Origin: an uncultured Spirochaetota bacterium
GTDB taxonomy: Bacteria; Spirochaetota; Spirochaetia; SZUA-6; Fen-1364
NCBI GenBank assembly: GCA_963768665.1
Contig: CAVYIU010000009.1
Location: 434,821-498,820, forward strand
Direction: 5' to 3'
Length of the DNA stretch: 64,000 nucleotides
A program made the position numbers and the translations under genes. Numbering within the stretch: the stretch's first letter is position 1; each line of letters opens with the position of its first letter. A model generated the notes under the pieces. It was not told where the DNA came from, ran no database searches, and was given only the letters and a program-made list of their open reading frames with translations. This document shows positions 22,188 through 34,400 of the stretch, in pieces.

Positions 22188-22270
22188 ACGGATCTGCTGA
22201 GCGGGAGAGGTGCCAGCTTGAGGGGCTAGTGCCCGAAAGGGTGTGCTGGTTCAAGTCCAGTCCGCAGCAT
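22188..22270 (+). other. tRNA-like 3' fragment (T-arm GCTGG-TTCAAGT-CCAGT plus acceptor 3' strand CCGCAGC-A); putative att-site remnant
   Basis: A canonical T-arm and 3' acceptor half sit ~100 nt upstream of the second integrase. No complementary 5' acceptor strand (GCTGCGG) was found upstream, so it is not a complete tRNA. Confidence 0.35.
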
Positions 22271-22369
22271 CGCAAGTCTTTACGTCGTATTGACTTGCCG
22301 GGAGGGACCGAAAACGGACCTCCATGAACGCATCAACTGTGACACTATCTGTGACATTATTTCACGGAC

Positions 22370-23566
22370 GTGTCAGCCCAGAGGTGCTCCATGGAGAAGC
22401 CCAAACGTCCCTACTCGCTCTTCAAGCGACCCACCGCCAAACAGCAAACGTTCATCTACTACTGCCGATTCCGCGACGAGAACGGCGCCTACATGTCACC
22501 GATCTCCACGCTCCAGTTCTCCAAGGCTGCCGCGCGAAACTGGGCCGATCAGAAGCTGAAGGAAGGCAAAATCGTCCTTCCCGGCAAGCGAGGTACCCCG
22601 TTCGAGACCTTCGCCGCTGGCTTCTGGGACTACGAGGGAGAGTACATTCAGCGCAAGCTTGCTCGAGGCGGCCATTTCTCGAAGATCTTCGCCGAGATTC
22701 GGGCGGGACATGTCAAGAAATGGATCCTCCCCTACTTCTCAGGCCAACCAATCGGCAGCATCCGCCGCCACCAGATTGAGTCCTGGATCATGGGGCTGTA
22801 CAAGGACTCGGGGCTGGTCGGCGCAAGTGTCAACCGCGTGCTCGATTGCATGAAGGTAATGATGAAGGAAGCTCTTCGCCGCGGCTACATCAACACTGAT
22901 CCAGCAGCCGGCATAGAGTCCTTCACTGAGAAGTACAAGGTACGGGGAATCATCACACCGGAAGAGATCCAGGCTCTCTTCAGCAAGGAAGCGCTCTCGT
23001 TGGTCTGGAAGGAACAGCGTGTGCACTACGTCGCCTCGATGCTCGGGGTTGCTACTGGTCTGCGGCAGGGTGAGATCCGGGGACTTCGGAATCAGGATAT
23101 CCATCCAGATTACGTGGCTGTTTGCGGATCTTGGGAGGAGCGAAACGGTCTTCACGGCGCGAAATGGGGCTCGGAACGAATCGTCCCGATACCGTCCCGC
23201 GTTGCCGAAGAGGTCGACCTACTCGCACGGGCAGGAATGTACTCGGCCGCTGACGACTTGGTCTTTGCCGGCGAGGCCCGCGGAAAGCCAGTCCGGAAGG
23301 AAGAACTTGAGGCTCACTTCTACGCTGCTTTGGAGGCTATTGGGATCAACGATGAGGCGAGGAGGAGGCGTGTCCTCGTCTGGCATTCGCTGAGGCATAC
23401 GTTTTACTCCATCATGAAAGGCAGGATCGATTCGGCCAAGCTCATGAAGGTTGTCGGGCACCGCCAGGAGTCTACGAACCTCCAATACACTCATGCGCTC
23501 CCTCGGGACCTCGAGGAGGTCAGGGCGCTTCAGGAAGACCTTATCGGCAAAGCAGTCGGGAATTGA
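22370..23566 (+). CDS. tyrosine-type site-specific integrase (intact)
   Basis: 398 aa. It has an N-terminal arm-binding region and a core-binding domain. The catalytic domain carries R (LRQGEIRGLR), HSLRHTF and a C-terminal Y. The likely real start is MEKPKRPY at 22391. Confidence 0.8.
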   Translation: MSAQRCSMEKPKRPYSLFKRPTAKQQTFIYYCRFRDENGAYMSPISTLQFSKAAARNWADQKLKEGKIVLPGKRGTPFETFAAGFWDYEGEYIQRKLARGGHFSKIFAEIRAGHVKKWILPYFSGQPIGSIRRHQIESWIMGLYKDSGLVGASVNRVLDCMKVMMKEALRRGYINTDPAAGIESFTEKYKVRGIITPEEIQALFSKEALSLVWKEQRVHYVASMLGVATGLRQGEIRGLRNQDIHPDYVAVCGSWEERNGLHGAKWGSERIVPIPSRVAEEVDLLARAGMYSAADDLVFAGEARGKPVRKEELEAHFYAALEAIGINDEARRRRVLVWHSLRHTFYSIMKGRIDSAKLMKVVGHRQESTNLQYTHALPRDLEEVRALQEDLIGKAVGN

Positions 23567-23567
23567 A

Positions 23568-23942
23568 CTATTGATCCAGGTCCAGGCCCGGGCGATCCCG
23601 TACCGCCCGGGCAACACTCCTCGGGTCAGCTCGCTCCTCGGTCCGGGACATCACCAGAGCGTCAACGACCTCTTTGTAGCCCATGCGCACGGCAATCGAG
23701 TGCTCAAACACCTCCAGCGAGGTCGACCAGTCTGGCAGCGTGTCCAAGCCTTGGAGCCGCCCTCGCATGAACTGCAGCGGGTCCGTCCCAATCTGCGTAG
23801 CCTTCTCCAGGTCCGCGCGCGCCTGAACGACACCACTCAGTTCCGCGTCGTACTGCTCTCGCCAGTATTTGTCGGCCACCGACTGTCGCCTTCCCTTCCC
23901 GATCAGCCGCTCGATTTCACTTATGGCCTTCTCGACGTGCAT
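23568..23942 (-). CDS. hypothetical protein
   Basis: 124-aa ORF directly abutting the next ORF (23944..24417). No recognisable domain. Confidence 0.3.
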   Translation of the reverse strand: MHVEKAISEIERLIGKGRRQSVADKYWREQYDAELSGVVQARADLEKATQIGTDPLQFMRGRLQGLDTLPDWSTSLEVFEHSIAVRMGYKEVVDALVMSRTEERADPRSVARAVRDRPGLDLDQ

Positions 23943-23943
23943 G

Positions 23944-24417
23944 CTAAGGCCTCGCCCCGTTCGGCTCTGCGCTCATTTTCTCCAGCTCATGGACGAGGCG
24001 GTAGTACCCTACTGAGAAAGCCATTCCCTTCTTGAACCGAACGGGATCGCTCCATGCGCCGCTATCAAGCCACCGCAGGTATCGCTGCTTGAGGGCCTGG
24101 CAGATGAAGGCATGATTGCACCCTTTTCCCGCAAGCCTATGTAGAGCTGACAGAGCATCTTCCAACCCCCTCTCCTCATAGGTCTTGTACTCCAAATAGT
24201 AGGCATCCTCTTCGCCTCCGCCAGCGCTGAGACGCAGCCGAAGCACTGTTTCAAGGTCATGGTAGACGCCCACCAGATCCATTTCCTCTACCGTCCTAAT
24301 CGCTTCCTGGCATCGCAGGTTCGCTCCCTTCTCAGAGGTTGAGAATCGGCTCGCCCCTGAAGAAATGCACCACAGCCCAGAACAGCCACGGAGCTCGCCA
24401 ATAGACCATCCCAACAA
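23944..24417 (-). CDS. hypothetical protein
   Basis: 157-aa ORF with island-like GC and no recognisable domain. It may form one unit with 23568..23942. Confidence 0.3.
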   Translation of the reverse strand: MLGWSIGELRGCSGLWCISSGASRFSTSEKGANLRCQEAIRTVEEMDLVGVYHDLETVLRLRLSAGGGEEDAYYLEYKTYEERGLEDALSALHRLAGKGCNHAFICQALKQRYLRWLDSGAWSDPVRFKKGMAFSVGYYRLVHELEKMSAEPNGARP

Positions 24418-24874
24418 TGAAGGCCAGCGGAATCAGGATCTCGGCGATGCCCAAAGTGATCTGCCCAAGAAGGTGTCCCCAGGTCACCTGAAGCGGCAGG
24501 TGATTCCGTTCCATCCGGCCCGACGACAGCGTCATTTTCGTCCCCCTCCTTTCCAGCATGCTTGTCGGAATTCCCTGACCATGAGCACTGGGAGAACTCA
24601 CCTATCACTTGCCAATTATATACCAATGCTTTATATTCGTCAAACGCGATCTACATTTGAAGGCTCGGGATTCGGGCCGAAGGTGATCCAGGCGCTTGAG
24701 AACAAGAGACATTTGGGCTAAGCGAACCATGTCGATCACATGCCACGCTTCGGCCACCATCCACCATCCGTGGTAGGACGTCGTTGATTGTATCGCCAGT
24801 TATCGTCAACGAGAGATGCATAGCGACTATAGAAGGGACCTCCGCCCGCCACGATCTCTGCCAGTGGCATGTAT

Positions 24875-27656
24875 TTACCACCCCTTTCTTAGCACCTCCA
24901 ACACCTCGATCGGATCGATGACTCTAGGGTTGCTGTCCCAATCCTCGTCTAGGACTGCACTGTACTTCGCATCGAAAGGATTCACTTTCAAGGCCGTTGC
25001 CTGATCGATTCGCTTCGCTGCTTCCTGAGAATCGCCTACGGCCATGTCGATCCAGACGTCCTCGAGCGTGTCCGGAATCTGCCCGAACAGGCCGTGGATT
25101 GCCTCCAGTCTCTGCGAGAGAAGCTCATGGACTCGATCTTCTACGGAATTCCGATAGCGAAGGTTGGCGATCCACACATCAGGGAAGCGTTGGCCGATGC
25201 GCTGGATCCGGCCTTTTCGTTGTTCCAGCCGCGTCGGATTCCACGGCAAATCGATATGGATTAGGCTCCCAAGGCGCTGCAAATTCAGTCCTTCGGAAGC
25301 GGCATCAGTTCCGAGCAGAATCTTGATCTGGTTGTCCGCGACCATCCCCTTGATTTCGTCGCGTTCTGCTCGGCGGAAATTGCCACTCTCCCAGATGCCA
25401 GACCGACCTGAGCCGGCGTAGAGACCGATCATCTGTCTTCCGGTCAGTGGATGTGATGAGAGCCTTCGGCCGATCCAGGACACCGTATCGTAATACTGCG
25501 AGAAAAGGATGCAGCCACGATCCATCCAGGGGCCCGTAGCTGCCGATTGCTCATGAGATCCTTCGAGGAGATACCGGAACACTTCAGCGAGCTTGGGATC
25601 CTCCTCGTTCCCAGACTCAAGAAGCGTCTGGCAGCGATGCAGAGATTCGATTTCTTTCCCGGTAAAGTCGGAAAAGGAAGATTGTAGAGCCACGTCATCG
25701 AATAGATCTTCATCGTCTTCGGCATCCTCCGCTTCGCCCGCTTCAGCTTTGTCCAGCAAACGCCTAATCGTGATCCTGCCGGCCTACTAGGGAGCTTCCG
25801 GCCCGGCGAAGGAGGAGGGTCTTGAAAAAGCCTGCCGACTGCACTCGCTGCGCGAGAAGGCGACAGAAGGTCTCCGCTTCCCTGTAGGCGTCGGCGAGAT
25901 ATGGTCCCAGATCCAGCGCATCAGCTTTGCTTTCCCCGTACAGGACCACATGCACCGCAGGCAGGAAAGGCTCTTTTGTCACTGGATTCGTTGTGTTTTC
26001 CAGGTACTGCCTCGTCCGGCGGACAATGCACCGCAGGAGGGGATTATGCTTTGGTGGATATTCCTTGAGCCAAGGACCCTCAATCTTGTTCCTTCCCGGA
26101 AGGCCAGGGGGATACGGCCATAGTCCTCCGGGAGAAGCGTCCATTTTCCCGGGTCCATTTCAAACCTGTCACGAATATAGCGGATCACATCTGCGCCGTC
26201 CTCGCTTGCGTAGATTACTGGGTCCCGAATGTAGTTCCAAGCATCACCTGGGTGGTCCGGAAGGGGCTTTGCCCTGGTGGCGATGTCCAAGCATTCGGCG
26301 GGCCTCCACCATGGACTGATCCTCATGACCTGCTCCCCCAATACCGAAGGATGTCCGAGGGCCAGCACACTCAAGAGGTCCCATGCCTCGACTGGATGCA
26401 ACTGAACGGGGGTCGCGGTTGCGAGGAGCATGGAACGAGCCCTAGGAGATATTTTCTGAAGGAACTCCATGAGCTTGTTCGGATCGGCTTTTTCATTCAC
26501 TTCGTCGGCGACAGCGCCGACTTTTGGTATCTTCCGTCGGCGCGCCCTATGTGCCTCATCCGCGATGATACAGAGATAGTCGCGGCCAAGGAGGATATCC
26601 CAGACCTCCTTCCGCCCTCGGGTGACGAGCCCTTGCGAGACGAGACCGAAGCGGCGCGGACAAGAGGCGAGTCCCTCAATCCCCCGTGAGGGATATTCAA
26701 CTCCGTTCTCGTCGATCCATGCGTTTCCCGACCAGCGCGCCGATGGCATCCTCAATAGGTCCAGCATTTCTACCTGCCACTGCCCGAGTAGAGCCTTGGG
26801 AGCCAGAATCAGGATCGGCCCTGGGCCTTCGAGGGCCATGAGGAGGGGCTGCCATGGCCAGTTGTACGGTTTTGCCGAGCCCCACCTGGTCCGCCAAGAC
26901 CAGCCTGGCGGAAGCGCGGCGGTGTCTCTCAATCGCAAGTCGAATGAAGTACTTCTGGTGAGGCCAGAGCCCCTGCTCGCGTCGGTAGACCGGACTTTCA
27001 ACCGCCACTACCGATGGTTCGGGTTCCTCCTTCCACGCTTTGATGGCAATGACCTTCCGGCGGGCCAAACGCCCGAGGTCGGCGCACACGAAGGGGCAGC
27101 AGGCAAGGTCTACCGCCCGTTTGTCGTGCCATAGTGCATCAAATTCTCTTGCAACCCAAGACACCGCGTCAGGGCTATCGTCTTCCCAAAGAAGCTCATA
27201 GTTCAGTTTCCACGCCGTAGCACTTTCATTGACGCTGCCCAGGAATGCGGTTGCTCGACCGTCGGGGTACCGGATGAGGCCGGCCTTCCCGTGGATAAGG
27301 CCAAAGACCTCGTCTGGCAGGACCTTAACCTGGAGACGACCACTCGACAGGAAGCGATACAGTGCTTCGATTCGGGGCTGAGCGGCCGCGGGCAACTTCT
27401 CCGGCTCCCCTCGACACCAACTTGATCGCATCGCCTGCTGCGCAGCCTGGGCGGTCATAACGTCCCGAGCATCAAGGTCTGAATTGCAGACGATCCTAAT
27501 CGGGCCTGAAACCGCATCTAGCTCCTCGCCTGCGATTTCAAAAAGGCTGGAGCGGAAGTAACCGGCGATGCGGTCGTATGAGGAGGCGCCTGTCAACCGC
27601 GCACGGAGGACGTCAGTACCAAGGGCTTTGCTTCGCGAGGAGTGGCGCGTGATCAT
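24875..27656 (-). CDS. PLD-family nuclease domain fused to SNF2-family helicase (defence-cassette helicase); multiple frameshifts; the N-terminal boundary is approximate
   Basis: N-terminus has IAGYFRSSLFE, HGKAGLI and GSVNES (PLD-like HxK...GSxN). It is followed by SNF2 motifs LADQVGLGKT (I), DEAHRAR (II), LLATATPVQ (III), and helicase-C motifs LLGTDAASEGLNLQ and QRKGRIQRIGQ. The gene is spread over ORFs 26697..28649 (distal part), 25979..27001, 25764..26144 and 24875..25759. Confidence 0.7.
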
Positions 27657-30592
27657 CCGTGGTCCCCGCGCAGCAGGCCGGGCAAGCAAGCGGGCAGACT
27701 CCGTATCCTCCTTCCAATCCTCCATCCCTACGATTTGACCGAGAGGAGCAAGCCAGTCCAGGATGGAAATGAGCCTTTGAGCTGACTGCCAGTAGTCGGG
27801 CAGCTCAGTCTTCAGGTAGCGAAGGCCTGCACCCGGGTTCTCGTCCCGGACAGAAGCCTGGATGGCAAAGAGCAGTTGTCGCAGGACGCTCCCTCCGAAA
27901 CCGTCGGCTCCCAAAGGGCCCAGATCGCGGTTGCCAAATTCGGAAGCGGTTTTTATGCGGGTTTGGTTCGCAGTGCCAGAAGCTAGGATAGGCTTCACCT
28001 CCCGCACGCCGAAACCACGGGCAAGCTCCTGGTAGACCCCTTGGCGTCGCTCGCCCCGGCTTTCCACGTCCAAGGCCCGCAGATACAGCCGCTCATCGGG
28101 ATTGAGGCGTTTCCATACATCCTCAAGGCCACGCGGCACGAGGTAGTCGCAGGCGATCGCGATGGCCCGATCAATAACCTGCTCGAAGCGCGGCTTCGGC
28201 GGCAGGTCCGCCTTTGATCGGCCCTTCCCGCGGGGGCGTTCCGGCACCGCCCGGAAAAGCTCGTAACTCACATCTTGCCCGTCTAAGGTTTGATACTGGG
28301 TAAGAACACGGAGAGCGGCTGCATAGGCCGCAAGCTGGTAGTCGGTGTCCCCAAAGTTCGGATCTGACGCGTCGTCTAGGGCACGCATCGTGTCGATCTG
28401 ACGTTTCACCTCGTCTTCTACGACCGGGTAAAGCTCATCAAGAAAGGCGTTCTCCGCGTGGAGCCGCTTGCGGAGCACGAGAAGCACCGTGCCCTGAACG
28501 TAGTTGCCCTTTTTGATGCCCCCGGCGGGCGTCTCCGTAGCGATTGTCCAAGCCCCGCTAACCTTGAGTCCGGATGCCCAGAGGATCATGCCGAGGTCGG
28601 CCCAGACTGCCCGGACTCTGATGCGTGAACATGACGAGTTGAAGTCCATTGTCGGGCATGTGTTTGGTCAGGTTTGCATAAACGTCCACCATCCCATGCT
28701 TGAAGTCATCGCCGGAGCCCTGCACCGCCAAGGCCTTGCGGCCATCGGGAATCCATTCGGGGAAGGCCTTGGGAAGTAGTTTTTCATACCAAGCCAGAAA
28801 ATAGTCGGCCAGTTCGTGGTAATTGACCGCGTCAGCATAAGGCGGGTCGGTAATCCAAATGTGGTTGGGGACAGTAATAGAGCGGGCGTCCATAGGCTCA
28901 GTCTTGCCGACAGTAACCTCCAAATCATTAGCTCTATCAAATAGTGGCCAGGCTGTGCTAAGTTTAGAAATCGGGCGTACGCTGAAGTTATAGAAGGTGT
29001 TCAAGGCTTGGTTGCTGAAGACGTGAGAACCACCTTCATTCGCGGCATTTGACATCCAAATGCATAACTTAGAATTCCAGTCAACGACCCTTCCAATACC
29101 CAACATCCCTGCGGCCAGGAGTCTGCCTCGCGACATGTATTCGGCCGCAATCAGCCCATTCACTATCAACTGGCGCGGTGTAAAAAGATGATGCCAGTGA
29201 GTCCATCCACGTGTTCGTATCGGCTCATCGGTCTTCTCCCCATCCGTTGGGATGGCCATGGAGGGGAGGTATCCTTCCCCCCACCATTCCTCGAGGCGCT
29301 CTCTCAGAAGCCTAAGAACCTTCTGCTCATTTTTCAGATCAAATTCGCTGGGAGCCCGATATTCCTTTGTCCCGTCGGGCTTCCGCCAGCGGATGCAGTA
29401 GAGGCGCTCCTGGAACACATCAGTAGGGCGCGGAACGAGGTCGTTCTTTTCCCAGCGGCGAAGACCCCCCGGACCCCGAAGGCTTTCCATCGGCCAGGAG
29501 CGATCACGGTTGGTAGGATCGATCACCCGACTGTCTATTGCTGTGCCAGTGCTGCCACTCGCGGCTGCAGTCCAACTGGCCTTGTCAGGTTTGGTGATGA
29601 TCTCAATATCAATGTGATCGCTTCCCTTCCGTTTCAGTTTCGCAATGACCTTCGTCCGCTCCCCTATCATCCAACTCGGTGCCAAGGGGATGTGGTATTG
29701 GCACCCTTCGGGCTTAACTTCCACGCAATACAAGTACGCTTCCGCCTGCCAGCCTTCCTCGCTTCTTTCGATTCCCCAGGCCGCAACTTTCTCTTCGGCT
29801 GCACGGAAAGCCGTTTCCTGCGCAGCGATTACCTGTTGCTGTATCTCTTTGCCGCCGCCCACAAGGTTGAGGCTGGCCCAGGTAAGGAGCGCGGCCACGG
29901 GATTGAGGTCGCTCCCGTATGCCTCGCAGCCTAGCCGCGCAGCTTCGAAAGGGATTGAGCCCCCGCCGCAGAAGGGATCTCCGACCTTCGGCCTCTGACC
30001 GAAGCTCCGTTTCCCCAATTCAACAACGAGATCCTGGAGCGTAGATGCCTTCGTGCCCAGATGGGCGTTGATCTCGGCCCAAGCAGATACATCCGGCCCG
30101 GTATGCTGTTCAGGCCTCACGCAAAAGCTGATACGTTCTGCGTAGGGCAAAGCCCTGAACTCTTCTCTTGAATAAGGGAAGCGCCGAAGTGCATCAAGCT
30201 CTGTTCTTGCAGTGCCATCCAAGGACTCCCAGATCTCCGAGCGCATTTCCTCGCGCCGCTCCTCGTCGGCTTCTTTCCATTCTTCTCTGTAGGACGGCGC
30301 CCGGTTGAGCAATTCCCGGTCCGGGATGCTGGCCTTGCGCCTCTCCCACAGGCCATCGTCGTCCATCGTTAGGAGCTTAAGAAAGACATCACGGTCCTTT
30401 GCCGGATCCCCGGCTTGCGGGCATGAGAAGCCCCAAAATGCTCGCCCTGACCAGGATCAGAGGCTTGCGCCCCCACCACTTCCCTAAGCCAGTGAGAGTT
30501 TGCCCGAGATTCGCCTTCCGCTCCTTGTAGCTTTCTGCGGAGAGACGGGCGATGGGGAACTGGCTTTCAATGAAGGTACGATCGTCTGTCAC
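27657..30592 (-). CDS. DUF1156-family putative N6-adenine DNA methyltransferase; at least 2 frameshifts; boundaries approximate
   Basis: N-terminal DUF1156 signature RTFIESQFPIARLSAESYKERKANLGQTLTGLGKWWGRKPLILVRASILGLL. MTase motif I is DPFCGGGSIPFEAARLG and motif IV is ITDPPYADAVNY. The frame is broken near 30370-30390 and near 28560-28650, and the C-terminal region continues into the first ~330 codons of ORF 26697..28649. Confidence 0.7.
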
Positions 30593-30873
30593 TCCGTGAG
30601 TCCTCGCTTCGGCAGCGTTCGGATTTGCCAATTCGAAGAGAATCCGAGAGATTGGGGGTGACTTGGTCGAAGGCGTGTATGAAGGGGCCCGGGTCGTGGA
30701 GGTCATGCCCTCATACGGCGAACAATGTGTCAACACAAGAGGCAGTGTGCTTTGAGTTGTGCCCACGCGGCTCCGATCAGGGCCCTTCGAAGGCTGTGAG
30801 TATCTCGATGCTCCGGCAACGAGAGCATCCTCGCTCCACCCGCTCTGCGTCGGCATGCCGCCAGGGCCCACGG

Positions 30874-31491
30874 CTAGAAAAGGCTCATCTGGCTTGCCCG
30901 CAGGAGCTCTTTGCGCGCCTTTGGAGGAATGCCTTCGCCCTTTACAATGGGGTTCTCCGTTAGTGCGAATCGCAGGGCTTTTCGCCAGCCAATCCCTCTT
31001 TGTTGCGCCTGACCCGTGGCCGCGGCCGTCATTGTGTAAAGCCACCAACGCTCCTCGGGCGCTAGACCTTCCCAGTTGCGGATAGCCTCAGGAATGAGTG
31101 AGGAATCAGCATCTTCAATTGCCCACAGCAGAACGCAAAGCTCCTTCCCAAGAGAGGCATGCAGAGGAACTGGCCCCTTCTTTGGCTGGCGGGGGACCGC
31201 GAGCCCTGAGTTCCTCAATCTGTGGCCAGCTTCTTCCCAAAAGACTGGCCCAACCTCCTCCCAGCGGAACCGCTCTACGATGGCGCGGAGTGAGGGATCG
31301 TTAGGACCAAGGTTGAGAATCTCGGTCCCTCCCTCAGCGACGTCCAGGGCTCGGTGCTCTGAAAGCGTGACGAACGCCGTTTCCTCCTGGCTTGGGGGCA
31401 ATCGGAGGAGAAAACCGTGACTGGCCTCTTCGGGAAGGAAGCCAAGGCCAATGCAGAGCCGTCCTTTTCTCGCGATAGTCATTCTGGCCAT
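30874..31491 (-). CDS. hypothetical protein, DUF3780-like by position and size
   Basis: 205-aa ORF wedged between the DUF499 and DUF1156 genes, as in the conserved DUF499-DUF3780-DUF1156 arrangement. I cannot confirm sequence-level identity from memory. Confidence 0.4.
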   Translation of the reverse strand: MARMTIARKGRLCIGLGFLPEEASHGFLLRLPPSQEETAFVTLSEHRALDVAEGGTEILNLGPNDPSLRAIVERFRWEEVGPVFWEEAGHRLRNSGLAVPRQPKKGPVPLHASLGKELCVLLWAIEDADSSLIPEAIRNWEGLAPEERWWLYTMTAAATGQAQQRGIGWRKALRFALTENPIVKGEGIPPKARKELLRASQMSLF

Positions 31492-31495
31492 TTTT

Positions 31496-34400
31496 CTAGT
31501 CCTGCACCACTTCCTCCGGTACGAGGTCGCTTCCCGCGGCCTTCAGCCAGTCGAGTAGGGCTTGACCGGTGCCAAACCAAGAGTGGGCACATTGCAGACG
31601 GATGACTCCGTCTTTTATGAGACCCTGAAGGACATCACAGATCGCTCGCAAGTCGGCCGCGCCGTAACCGGTAGAACTACTGCCGAGGTACTCTACAGAT
31701 TGATCCCCATTCGAGCTTTCCACTCTTAGGGTTACATCGAAGGACTTCACTCCGTACTTTTCCATTGCCTCAATAAACTTCCACGTGGATCCCGAATCGT
31801 CGAACTTCTGCCGCCGCGTCCACTTGCATGGCCTGTGCGGATCGATCTGAAAAAGACTTGGTCCCCCTGGAGTGGGGATGGCGATCTTAAGCTCATTCGA
31901 CTTGATTCCCTCGACCTCCGCAACGGCCAATACATACTTGCACCCTACAGGCGGCACAAATGGCCCGGCGTAGCTGCCCCCGCTTTCCGGCGACCTTCCA
32001 TCTGTGCTGTAGCGAATCATGCCTTCAGGCAGGCTGCGCAAAGTCACTTTTCTGGTCGCGGATTCTATACCGTACTTGAGCTTCGGCTCGCCCACCCACT
32101 CCACAGAGACGCCGGTAGGGTGCTCCCCGCTTGAGTCGACGCACAGGAAACTGTATCGCAGGCCTTTGGCCTCGAATCGTTGGAAATCGCCCACCCTGGA
32201 GCTTGCCTCCGTCGGTTTGTTCCTGCCCGCTTCATAGTAGACACGGTCCCCGTGCAGAGCCTCGATCTTGAGCCAACTCACGCCGCGGTCGTCCCGTGAA
32301 AGGAAGTATGGTTTGACTCCTGTTTCTGGTTTCGGGAAAGGGCCTTTGAGCACATACGTCCCTTGCTCGCGCCAATAGTCCTTTCGGATCGCCTCCGCTT
32401 TCAGTGTGTCCAGCGCATCGGGCCGATGAAACTGCCAAGTAGTGTTCGTGGCTGCCTGTCGTTTCACCTCGGCCCATTGAATCGGGCTCGAAATGAAAAG
32501 CCTTTGTTCACACTTCTGGCGGAACTGATCGCTTGCGACCTCTACGGTGAATTTCTGAGCGTCGAGAAGGGTCTTTCTGAGAACTTCCTCTCCCCGCCAA
32601 GCGTTTCCCTTGAATTCGAGGATGATAGACGCCTGCCGGAGCGCACCGCCAACATGCGGATACACCAGGATGTCGAAGGCCTGCGTGAGGGCTGAAGAAA
32701 ACTGGAAGAGGATCCTGTCCTTAAGCATATCGAGGGCCTTCATTTGCGGATCACCAGCAGGTGTGTTCTCTGCGTTCAGTTCCTCCTCAATGCTCTGCAA
32801 GGCTCGATACTGGCGTGCCGTGTCCTTGACGTTCTCCATCACCATTTTCGATCCAGTGAGAAACATGACTCGGTTTTTGAAGGTCTGTTGGGACCACCAA
32901 TCCTGCCACTCCTTTGACAGCGCCAAGTTGCCCGAAGCGCCCAAGGGTTCCGCAAGGATGAGGCACACGCGGTCCTGCTCAACCTGGACCTCGCTCAAGG
33001 CCGGAAGAGCCTCCAAGGTCTGGTAGAGGTCTTTCAGTACAGGGTCGAAACGCTCCTTCAGGAAGCGCCTGAGCTCCTTGGTCACGGACTCCTGATGTAG
33101 TCCCACCGCTGTGCTGCGCAGGCGCGCCGCCAGGTTCTGCTGGTTCTTGAAGAAGAGCCGCCCGTCCTGGGAGCGATGCAAGTACCATGCCCGGATGTCG
33201 AGGCTATCCAGTACCTTAGATTTGAGCCCGGAAAGGTCCCTGCCGGGCCGCTGGAGAAAGTCGTAGATTTCGTATTCGCGCAGGCCGTGAACGGCGCCTG
33301 CCGTGGTGGAAAGCGAGGAGAGAAGTATGAGCTTCGCTGTCTCGCTTCCGTCTGAGTTTCCGTTCTTCGAATCGAGGACTTCAGCTTCTGCCGTCCCCTC
33401 GTGGCAGATGTCGTGCGCGATCGCCTCCGAGAGATTTTGGTTAATGGTCCGAATCTCCGAGGAGATCTCCTGGTCAGAAAGGTCAATGTCATAAGGATGG
33501 ACCAACAACAGTTCATCCGCCTTCCCGGAATTCCACAAACTCGATACGACCATCTGCAGCAGCCTTATGACACCCCGTGTCTGCTGAAAACCTTCGTTTT
33601 CTTTGAAGCGCCCCAGCAGTTCTCGCCATGCTGGATGGAAGGGATAGGCAACCTGGACGTTTTGATAGATTCCCTCGGATGTGCTGGATGTCAGACCCAT
33701 CTTGACCGCTTCGGCATGACTGCTTCGATAGTCGTCCGCTACCGAGTTTCGTACGATTTCTGCAGGTAAGGAATCAAAAAGACGACACTGCAGTATCCTG
33801 AACAGCTCGTCTCCTTGCGGATTCACGGGGGTTATGGGCAGCGCGCCGCGCCGCGCCTCGTTTCTTAGATCTGGCAAGAGCCTTGTTGATCAGGTCCCCG
33901 CCCTCCTGGTAGCTTGCCCCGCTCAGGTCGCTCAACACAACAATGGCGTTTGGCATATCGGAAACGGCTATCATGAGGTTGGCGAGAGCTGTGGTAGTGA
34001 CGACGGACAAGTCGGAGTTGCCTATGGCCACGGAGCGAGCATTTTCCATATAGGGCGACAGCTCATCCATGAGGATGATGATCGGGGAATCGCCAAGTAG
34101 GGTCCGCCACGCCTCTGGTCCGGGTGCGGAGAGTGGCTTGTAGTACGGGTTGAAGAGTTCCTTGTTTGCCAGTTGCCCGGCTATGCTCCCCCAGATGCCC
34201 AATGGTGCATCAGACTGCCGGCCGTTGAATCCGACGACCCGAACTGCGCCGAGATTCTTAGCAGGATTCCAGTCGGCAAGTATCCGCTTCCTCAATCCTG
34301 CGTCTCGTGCGAGGATTCCAAGCGCTATCATGGAGTGCGTCTTGCCGCCACCCATCGCTTGGGAAAGCTGGAAGATGGAAGATCCGGTGGCATCGCCCGC

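Noticed and set aside
22188-22270. Possibility that the tRNA-like segment is a complete tRNA or tmRNA
   Set aside because: No complementary 5' acceptor strand, D-arm or anticodon arm could be folded from upstream sequence. Kept only as a 3' fragment.
24332-24601. 89-aa minus-strand ORF with a hydrophobic segment
   Set aside because: It overlaps the 3' end of ORF 23944..24417 and another ORF (24288..24626). No RBS or conservation evidence.
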